DNA of 15,426 bases, from IMG/VR virus record IMGVR_UViG_2651869755_000004; one strand, given 5' to 3'. The translations under genes were made by a program, and so were the position numbers. Below are positions 1 through 6,420 of this stretch, piece by piece (the first letter of the stretch is position 1; the number at the start of each line of letters is the position of its first letter). Origin of the DNA: a virus. Its lineage: Duplodnaviria; Heunggongvirae; Uroviricota; Caudoviricetes. Under the pieces are notes generated by a model. That model saw nothing but the letters and a program-made list of their open reading frames with translations, was not told the DNA's origin and did no database searches.

Positions 1-176
1 AACTCATAACGGTATTTCACGTTAATCCCGTTCAGATTATCGCTGCCGGGAGCGTTCGTACGGGCATGAAGATACCCCGCGCTCAGTGTGGACTGATGTT
101 CAGACGCCCATGCAGGCGCACCGGATACGGACAGACAGATGGCTGCGGACAAAATGGCTGCACATAATTTACGCAT
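1..176 (-). CDS. lom: Lom outer-membrane protein (Ail/Lom family), N-terminal part only; the 3' end runs off the window
   Basis: Reverse-complement translation from ATG at 176..174 gives MRKLCAAILSAAICLSVSGAPAWASEHQSTLSAGYLHARTNAPGSDNLNGINVKYRYEF, a signal-peptide-like N-terminus matching lambda Lom from memory. GAGAGG Shine-Dalgarno sits about 7 nt upstream. Position 67 bp downstream of J matches lambda. Confidence 0.85.
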   Translation of the reverse strand, partial: MRKLCAAILSAAICLSVSGAPAWASEHQSTLSAGYLHARTNAPGSDNLNGINVKYRYE

Positions 177-200
177 AATTACCTCTCGCTTTTCTGCAAT

Positions 201-224
201 AAAAAAGGCGCCATTTCTGGCGCC
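201..224 (-). terminator. Intrinsic terminator-like hairpin between J and lom
   Basis: On the minus strand GGCGCC-AGAAAT-GGCGCC (6-bp GC stem, 6-nt loop) is followed directly by TTTTTTATT, beginning a few nt after the J stop. Confidence 0.55.
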
Positions 225-243
225 CGTATATGGGTTATAAAAT

Positions 244-3200
244 TCAGCTGATACTGATGCCTGCGGTGGCTTTCTTCATCACCACAACCAGCAAATCGCT
301 GATACTTGCTGTGGGATACCAGTTATTCACCAGCCATGCTGACACCGAAAACTCCAGCGTCATGTGGCCGCGACCAGCTGGCATATCAATAACACCACTG
401 TAAATCAGCGTATTATCCAGCGCGGTACGGTTATAAATTTCAGCACCGTTTTTCCGTACTATCAGGCGGCATGACGAATAAATATCGTTATTCTCCCGCT
501 CATGTTTAGCGCCGCTGAATGCCACCGCCGGAATAACAATTTGCCTGTCAAAAGGCTGATCGTCATAAATCCTGACGGTAATGGTCCCTGATGGCCACCG
601 CTCCGGTGCCCGGGAGTCCCGCGGAAAAGCCTTACCCACTGTTTTGACTATATCGCCTTCAATCTGGTTGGCTGACAGTTTCCCCTTAATCTGACAGTTC
701 TCATTAATTGTGACATTGTTGAGCGTCCCGGCGTTCGCATTCACACTGCCACTGATATCTGCATTTTTAGCGGTCAGTTTTCCGTCCGGTGTCAGGGAAA
801 ATGCCGGAGGATTACCGCCGCTGGTAATGGTGGGAGCCGTCAGGCGTTTCAGGAACACGTCGTTCATGAATATCTGATCGCCCTGACCAACAAACATCGG
901 CTTTGTGTTGCCATTCGCAGGATTAATCATCGCAATCCTGTCTGCCGCCAGCAGCACCTGACTCTGCATTCCTGCTGGCGTATTCTCAATACCGGCACCG
1001 ATACCCGCAATATAAAGGCGTCCGTCCTGCATCTGCTGCAGCTTCACAGCCCACATGCTGTTCAGATTATTATTTGTATCAACCTGAACCTTCTGTATCT
1101 GCTGGATTGCCGCACTCTGATTTTCCAGTTTTTTATTGACGGTCTGCGTGATTTCATTGCTGACATCCGTAATGGACGTCCTGATTTCAGCCAGGTCAGG
1201 CGCAAGCTGACCGTTATCAATCTGCGTCCACAACTCCTGAGCCAGATGGGTTTTCCCTATCTCTCCTTTGAAAAAATTCAGATAGCCGGATGCATCATCA
1301 CTCGGCTGGCCAACAGCCTCCACAAATGCCGATTTGCCAACGGTGTTCACACTGCGGATGTAAAAATAATAATCATGGCCCGGTTTGATATTGATACTGG
1401 CAGCTATCCAGTACAGCGCCGAGCCAAGATAGCGGGCTGCGGTTTCAACCTGCCTGATATCCGCAATCCGCTTTTCCGAGAACCAGAACTCAAACTGTAC
1501 CGTCGGGTCATACACCGCAAGACGCGGGACCGCCGTTATCTGAAAATAGCCCGGCGTCAGCTCAATCCGCGACGGTGCTGCCGGTGCGGCAATCCGGAAT
1601 GTGGTGGTGGCAGGTTCACCCTGCTGGCCATAGCTGTTTATCGCCCGCACCGTCAGGGTGTATTCCCCGAGCGGCAGGCCGCTGAAACGGTGCTCCGTGT
1701 CTGCGGTGATGGCGGTGGTCACCAGTCTGGCATCCGTTCCCTTACCACTGGTCAGGCGCAGACTGAAGCGCACACCCTTCACCACCCGCGGCGTGTCCCA
1801 TTTCGCCTGCGCCAGATACTGACCGTCAGCTGCGCTCACCTCCACCGTCAGGTGCTGCACTGCCGGTGGGATGACGCTGTTCAGGGAACCTGACTGCGGC
1901 TCAAAGCGGGCACCGTTATCCACGATGGCTTCTTTTTCCGGTACGTGCTGCACCGCCGTGATGGCAAAGGTGCCGTCCGTGTTTTCCCGGACGGAGACAC
2001 AGCGGAACAGGCGACGGCGCAGTGACGGCAGGGAGAGTCCCCACACCCCGTATGTCTCCACACCATCAGGCAGGGTACTGACCTGTATCCGGTCCGGCGC
2101 GGGGTGTGCGGTGATGTCCACACTCACCGGCTTACCGCTGCCGTTAATCAGGTTCACCGTGGCGGCACCGGTCTCCGGAAGTGTCACTTCACGGTCCAGC
2201 GTCAGGGTGCGGGTGGCAGCATCAATGGACAGGACACGTCCGCCGGTCAGGGTCCCGGCATAGTCGTTATCACAGATTTCAATGATGTCACCGGGTGTGT
2301 GCCGCAGCCCCTGAGACCCGAGCGTGAAATCCACCGTCTGCGTTTCCAGCAGTTCGGTCTTTATCACCCACAGTCCGGCACGGTGGGCCTGACCGCGGCT
2401 GGTACAGCCGAACGCGTCCATCTTCAGCAGGTTGCGTCCGTAGCGCAGTATGGCTTCCGGGTCTTCCACCAGTTCCGTGGAGGTCTGCCAGCCGTTCTGC
2501 GGGTCGGTGTAATTCACCTCCACCGCCGTGTGCCGGTCCTTCAGGGCACTGAAGCTGTAGCGGAACCCCACGCCGTTATCATCCACCACCACATCGCTGT
2601 TGGTGTACGGCCACACCACATCCGACGGACGGTCCTGAACGAACGTCAGCGTCTGGCCGTTCCATACCGGCATACAGCGCATCGCCGAGCAGAAATCACT
2701 GAGAACGTCCCACGCCTTACGCTGTTGTGCCAGGTACGCATTAAAGGTCATCCGCGGCTCGGTCCCCCCGAAACCATCCGGGACCGTCTGGTCGCAGTAC
2801 TGCCCGATGGCATACAGCGCCCACTTGTCCACATCCGCCGCCCCCAGACGTTTTCCCATGCCGTAGCGCGGGTGAGTCAGCATGTCCCACAGACACCAGG
2901 CCGGGTTGTTGCTGTATGCCGGTTTCAGGCTGCCGTCCCAGATACCACTGTACGTGCGTTTTTCCGGGTCATAGTTTGACGGCACCTGGATGATGCGACC
3001 GCGGATATGGTAGTTCACCGTCATCTGCTGGCCGCCGAACTGCTCCGCATCCACCTGCAGCCCCACAATGGCCGTGTTCGGGTAGCACTGTTTCACATCG
3101 ATGATTTCGGTGTATGACGACCACAGCGTCTTATTCTGCAGCTGGTCCGTGGTGCTGTCCGCCGTCTCCCTGACCATCCGGATGTTAAAGGGCCGGGGAG

Positions 3201-3717
3201 GCAGATTATCCAGAATCACCGAGGCCAGGAACTGCGAGGTGGTCTTGCCGTTAATGGTGACGTCCTTTTCTGTCACCCAGTTACCGTTACGCTGTAACTG
3301 AATCAGCAGGCGGACGGATGCCGGGTTACGGTCACCCTTTGAGGTGGTCTCCACCAGTGACTGCACCCCGAAGGTAACCCGCAGGCGGTCAATGTTCGCG
3401 GACGTAATGGTGCGCGTCACCGGTTTTGCCTTCGTCACTTCCACGCCCAGTCCGGTTTCAGCTCCGGAGGACTCAAAGCCTTCCGGTGGTGTCTGCTCCT
3501 GCTCCCCGGCACGCCAGACCGCGGTCACACCGTGTATCACGGGATTACCGTCCGTGTCCGTCAGCGGGGTTTTGTTCACCAGGATACTCTGCAGTCCCTT
3601 CACCGGGCCTTCTATCGGTCCCTCACCAATCGCATCAATCACACTCATCATCTGCGTGGATTTGAGATTATCCTTCGCCTCACGAGGCGTGTGTGCCTTA
3701 CCGCCACCTTTTCCCAT
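244..3717 (-). CDS. J: Tail tip / host specificity protein J (central tail fibre), 1157 aa
   Basis: ORF begins [22 protein letters not shown] and ends ...ATAGISIS, recognisably lambda gpJ along its whole length (lambda J is 1132 aa). GGGGAAGG ribosome-binding site lies about 5 nt upstream of the ATG at 3717. Confidence 0.97.
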   Translation of the reverse strand: MGKGGGKAHTPREAKDNLKSTQMMSVIDAIGEGPIEGPVKGLQSILVNKTPLTDTDGNPVIHGVTAVWRAGEQEQTPPEGFESSGAETGLGVEVTKAKPVTRTITSANIDRLRVTFGVQSLVETTSKGDRNPASVRLLIQLQRNGNWVTEKDVTINGKTTSQFLASVILDNLPPRPFNIRMVRETADSTTDQLQNKTLWSSYTEIIDVKQCYPNTAIVGLQVDAEQFGGQQMTVNYHIRGRIIQVPSNYDPEKRTYSGIWDGSLKPAYSNNPAWCLWDMLTHPRYGMGKRLGAADVDKWALYAIGQYCDQTVPDGFGGTEPRMTFNAYLAQQRKAWDVLSDFCSAMRCMPVWNGQTLTFVQDRPSDVVWPYTNSDVVVDDNGVGFRYSFSALKDRHTAVEVNYTDPQNGWQTSTELVEDPEAILRYGRNLLKMDAFGCTSRGQAHRAGLWVIKTELLETQTVDFTLGSQGLRHTPGDIIEICDNDYAGTLTGGRVLSIDAATRTLTLDREVTLPETGAATVNLINGSGKPVSVDITAHPAPDRIQVSTLPDGVETYGVWGLSLPSLRRRLFRCVSVRENTDGTFAITAVQHVPEKEAIVDNGARFEPQSGSLNSVIPPAVQHLTVEVSAADGQYLAQAKWDTPRVVKGVRFSLRLTSGKGTDARLVTTAITADTEHRFSGLPLGEYTLTVRAINSYGQQGEPATTTFRIAAPAAPSRIELTPGYFQITAVPRLAVYDPTVQFEFWFSEKRIADIRQVETAARYLGSALYWIAASINIKPGHDYYFYIRSVNTVGKSAFVEAVGQPSDDASGYLNFFKGEIGKTHLAQELWTQIDNGQLAPDLAEIRTSITDVSNEITQTVNKKLENQSAAIQQIQKVQVDTNNNLNSMWAVKLQQMQDGRLYIAGIGAGIENTPAGMQSQVLLAADRIAMINPANGNTKPMFVGQGDQIFMNDVFLKRLTAPTITSGGNPPAFSLTPDGKLTAKNADISGSVNANAGTLNNVTINENCQIKGKLSANQIEGDIVKTVGKAFPRDSRAPERWPSGTITVRIYDDQPFDRQIVIPAVAFSGAKHERENNDIYSSCRLIVRKNGAEIYNRTALDNTLIYSGVIDMPAGRGHMTLEFSVSAWLVNNWYPTASISDLLVVVMKKATAGISIS

Positions 3718-3820
3718 ACAGCCTTCCCCTGAATAAATTAACCGCCACTTGCCATTCCGTACAGAAGTCGGATATCCTTCGCCCGAAAAGCATGAAACAC
3801 ATTTCTGCCATGCTAAAGAG

Positions 3821-3856
3821 AAACCCCGGTATCAGCAGATACCGGGGTTTTCTTTC
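3821..3856 (+). terminator. Intrinsic terminator-like hairpin in the I-J insert, possibly bidirectional
   Basis: Plus strand AAACCCCGGTATC-AGCA-GATACCGGGGTTT forms a 10-13 bp GC-rich stem with a 4-nt loop, followed by TTTTCTTTC. The minus-strand reading is followed by a weaker U-rich tract (TTTCTCTTT). Confidence 0.45.
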
Positions 3857-3922
3857 ATGCCCACCGATAATCCTGTTGGTTAAAACCGGTAATGGCATAA
3901 AAATTCTGAATATCTTCACATT

Positions 3923-3950
3923 TTCACAAACTGACTGTGGCGCGTATAAT
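3923..3950 (+). promoter_or_regulatory. Candidate sigma70 promoter on the strand opposite the tail genes
   Basis: -35 TTCACA (3923..3928), 16-bp spacer, perfect -10 TATAAT (3945..3950). An A/T-rich stretch lies upstream (3893..3913). Predicted transcription start near 3957. Confidence 0.4.
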
Positions 3951-3956
3951 TTCTCT

Positions 3957-4053
3957 GCGTTAATTTTTTTGTCGTGATATAAGAATAATTCCTTACACTT
4001 AATCTTCGTAACTCTCCCGCAGTTCCTGTCCGCGATCACTGCGGGATTTTTTT
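3957..4053 (+). ncRNA. Candidate small RNA of about 95 nt defined by the promoter and the downstream terminator; function unknown
   Basis: The interval between the predicted start and the terminator U-tract has no ORF with a ribosome-binding site on either strand. It is AT-rich and ends in a GC stem plus U7, the usual architecture of enterobacterial Hfq-type sRNAs. Prediction only. Confidence 0.3.
4016..4053 (+). terminator. Rho-independent terminator, plus-strand specific
   Basis: CCCGCAGT (4016..4023) pairs with ACTGCGGG (4038..4045), then A plus seven T (4046..4053). The minus-strand reading has no T-tract, so it is directional. It ends 8 bp before the I stop codon. Confidence 0.6.
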
Positions 4054-4060
4054 ATTCTTT

Positions 4061-4741
4061 TTACCCCTGCCGCCCGATAACCACGACCTTTCCGCCCCCG
4101 CCTTCATCACGGGTGCTGATGTCCTGGGATATACGGCGGGAGCCAACCAGCATTTCCCCGTAAGGCACCGGCATCGGGTTCCCCTGGGCAATCATGTTAT
4201 CCAGTGAGGAAAAGTACGTGTTCTGTCTGCCGTTATCCGTTGCGCGGTAATCCGGTGTTTTTGCCTTCGGGGCCAGCATCTGGGCCACACCGCCCAGAAT
4301 CATGCTGGCTCCAAGTGAAAACAGCATCGTGGTGGCAGAAAAACCACCGGCTGCCAGGGCTGAACCCCATAACGCCATTGATGCCCCGGCAGTGAAGAAA
4401 GAGCCCACGATGGCTGCCGCCCCCAGCACAATCTGCAGTCCACCCTTTCCGGCCCCGGCCAGTCGCGGCACAATGTGGATGACCGTTCCCTCACCCAGCT
4501 GTTCGTGAAGACGGGCGTACACCGCCTCCGGTGCCGTGTCATAACCGGCAATACGTATCTGGTACCAGCCTTCGTTCATCTGACGGCGAAAGCCCGGCAT
4601 CTGCATCGACAGGGCGCGAATGGCTTCCGCTGCCGTGTTCACATACAGGCTGAGGCGGCGGCCAAATCGTTGTAAATCCCCGTGAAGGCAGATGCGTGCC
4701 AGTGGCGGTGACGCCAGACTGAATGCGTTCGTCGTTGCCAT
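4061..4741 (-). CDS. I: Tail tip assembly protein I
   Basis: 226-aa ORF MATTNAFSLASPPLARICLHGDLQRFGRR...KVVVIGRQG matches lambda gpI from memory, including the Gly/Ala-rich hydrophobic central segment. Correct position between K and J. Confidence 0.95.
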   Translation of the reverse strand: MATTNAFSLASPPLARICLHGDLQRFGRRLSLYVNTAAEAIRALSMQMPGFRRQMNEGWYQIRIAGYDTAPEAVYARLHEQLGEGTVIHIVPRLAGAGKGGLQIVLGAAAIVGSFFTAGASMALWGSALAAGGFSATTMLFSLGASMILGGVAQMLAPKAKTPDYRATDNGRQNTYFSSLDNMIAQGNPMPVPYGEMLVGSRRISQDISTRDEGGGGKVVVIGRQG

Positions 4742-5382
4742 TTTTCGGAATACCTCTCCCGTTTACTCAGTTGTTCAGGCAGATGGTGAAGCAGCTCACC
4801 GTTGCCGCAGTAAATGGCGGCATGGTTCGGTACCGAAGCACCAAAGCAGCACAGCAGAATATCGCCCGCCTGTGCAGAGGACAGGGGCACCCGGTAAAAG
4901 CCGGTGACCGCCATATTGTCCAGGTAAAGGTTCTGACCGTTGCGCCACCAGTCATCCTCGCGATGAAAATCCGGCATCTCAGTCCCCGCCAGATGATAAG
5001 CATCCCGGAACAGCGTGTAACAGTCCGTCACCCCGTGCTCAAAGCGCCGTCCTGTCAGATGTGGCACACAGCGGAATTTGTGAATGTCACCCCGGCAGAC
5101 CAGCCACCAGGGCAGTGCGCTTTTTATCTGCAGCCGCCGGTCAGCCTCGCTCAGCCAGGGCAGCCCACCGGGATGACTGTGGACCAGTGCCACAATCTCC
5201 CCCTGCATCTCTGCCCGCAGCCAGTCTTCCGGTGCGATACGAAAATACGCCTCCGGCTCTGCAGAAATATTCACACAAGGGATATACCACTCCCCCTCCG
5301 GCGTGCTTATCACGAAGCCGCACGACTCCGCAGGCGCACACCGCCGGGCATGCGCCAGAATCGCTGATTCAGTCTGTGTCAT
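4639..5382 (-). CDS. K: Tail tip assembly protein K (N-terminal JAMM/MPN domain plus C-terminal NlpC/P60 domain)
   Basis: Start taken at the internal ATG 5382..5380 (MTQTESAILAHARRCAPAESCGF...), 10 nt after the L stop. JAMM motif HSHPGGLPWLSEAD (HxHx7Sx2D) is intact. NlpC/P60 Cys (DCYTLF) and His (VPNHAAIY, LLHH) are present. The reading frame overlaps the I start by 103 bp. Confidence 0.9.
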   Translation of the reverse strand: MTQTESAILAHARRCAPAESCGFVISTPEGEWYIPCVNISAEPEAYFRIAPEDWLRAEMQGEIVALVHSHPGGLPWLSEADRRLQIKSALPWWLVCRGDIHKFRCVPHLTGRRFEHGVTDCYTLFRDAYHLAGTEMPDFHREDDWWRNGQNLYLDNMAVTGFYRVPLSSAQAGDILLCCFGASVPNHAAIYCGNGELLHHLPEQLSKRERYSEKWQRRTHSVWRHRHWHASAFTGIYNDLAAASACM

Positions 5383-5392
5383 AAACCGGGAT

Positions 5393-6091
5393 TTACTGCG
5401 AAAGTTTATTAATGGAAAGGAAACCGCCAAAATTGCCGACATTCCTGCGCAGTTCACACCCGCGCATGCACTTGCTGCATCTGTCCTTACGGATATCCGT
5501 GGTGGGGTTGTCGAACTCATCCGCCACCGCAGGACCGTTATACCCGCATTCATCTCCCCGGTAATCCCACATACAGGTGTTCGCCAGCATGATGCGACCG
5601 GGAAACAGCGCCCCGTCCGTCTCGGTCGGTGTAGCCAGCACAAACGAGGCCGTCATGGCTGTCAGCTGCGACATCTGCTCCACCACCCAGCGGTCACTCA
5701 GCTCCTGCTCCGGGTCCGCCTCCGGATTGCCCGCAACGAAATTCACCGCATCCAGAAAACGGGCATACACCCGGCGGCGGACCACCGTGGCCCCCACCAG
5801 ACTCTGCAGGTCTTCCGCCATCCCGGTGACCAGACCAAACAGATTGGACACCGTCAGCGATGGTCTGGCACTGCTGCCCTTCCCGTTCATCTCAAAGCCA
5901 CTCCCCTCAATCGGGTACGCCTGATATTCACGCCCCTGCCAGGTCACCGGCTCCCCTTTTTCATTCAGCTCATTGCAGAAAAAATACCGCTCACCGCCCT
6001 GCACCGTCAGGTCGATTTCCCAGAGTACCACCCGCGGTGACTGCTCTGACTTAACCGACTCGTTCAGACTTTCTTCGCGAATATCCTGCAT
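5393..6091 (-). CDS. L: Tail tip protein L
   Basis: 232-aa ORF MQDIREESLNESVKSEQSPRVVLWEIDL...NVGNFGGFLSINKLSQ matches lambda gpL, including the C-terminal cysteine cluster (CMWDY, CGYNG, CSKC, MRGC). Confidence 0.95.
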   Translation of the reverse strand: MQDIREESLNESVKSEQSPRVVLWEIDLTVQGGERYFFCNELNEKGEPVTWQGREYQAYPIEGSGFEMNGKGSSARPSLTVSNLFGLVTGMAEDLQSLVGATVVRRRVYARFLDAVNFVAGNPEADPEQELSDRWVVEQMSQLTAMTASFVLATPTETDGALFPGRIMLANTCMWDYRGDECGYNGPAVADEFDNPTTDIRKDRCSKCMRGCELRRNVGNFGGFLSINKLSQ

Positions 6092-6420
6092 CAGTTCACC
6101 ACCTGCTTAAACTCCGCGCTGAACTCAACGCGCAACATCCCGACCCGCGCAGACCACCCGGCACAGGTCACCTTTATCTGCCGGTATGCATAGGGTGGCT
6201 TCCACAAAAATGCCTTCCAGCCACCGTGCTCTGCCAGGAACGCTTCCAGATGCCGGGCCTCCTCCCGGGTCACGGAAAGCGTCACCCTGTATGTTTTCAG
6301 GTCAGCATTCAGCCCTGCCGCCATACGCTGTGAGTACCCGTAACCAAAACGCACTTCACGCACCGATGGCTGCGAGTTCACCTCCATATCCGGCTTCACT
6401 TTCCAGCGAAAGGTTTTCAT
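6091..6420 (-). CDS. M: Tail tip protein M
   Basis: 109-aa ORF MKTFRWKVKPDMEVNSQPSVREVRFGYGYSQRMAAGLNADLKTYRVTLSV... matches lambda gpM. Overlapping start/stop coupling with H and L. Confidence 0.95.
   Translation of the reverse strand: MKTFRWKVKPDMEVNSQPSVREVRFGYGYSQRMAAGLNADLKTYRVTLSVTREEARHLEAFLAEHGGWKAFLWKPPYAYRQIKVTCAGWSARVGMLRVEFSAEFKQVVN

Noticed and set aside
1246-2979. Several plus-strand ORFs of 130 to 291 aa (1246..1893, 1871..2263, 2104..2979) antisense to J
   Set aside because: They lie entirely within the well-supported J coding region on the opposite strand. They are Arg/Cys/His-rich, as expected from reverse frames of GC-rich coding DNA, and have no ribosome-binding sites or recognisable domains.
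3790-3977. Plus-strand ATG-initiated small ORF ([20 protein letters not shown]...) inside the I-J insert
   Set aside because: No ribosome-binding site, and it reads through the 3821..3856 terminator hairpin and then the predicted promoter. Not credible as a gene, though a short upstream peptide cannot be fully excluded.
3698-4039. 113-aa minus-strand ORF that fills the I-J gap in the same orientation as the tail genes
   Set aside because: It starts at a GTG inside the terminator stem with no Shine-Dalgarno sequence, reads through both hairpins, overlaps the J start by 20 bp, and has an AT-driven K/R/F/I/C-rich composition with no recognisable motif. More likely a chance ORF in non-coding insert DNA.
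3957-4053. Possibility that the candidate RNA is a tRNA or other structured housekeeping RNA
   Set aside because: No acceptor-stem/T-loop (GTTCRA) arrangement or cloverleaf-compatible spacing. Only a single terminal hairpin is evident.
4723-6040. Plus-strand ORFs of 214 and 245 aa antisense to K and L
   Set aside because: Shadow ORFs within confidently identified genes. No start context or motifs.
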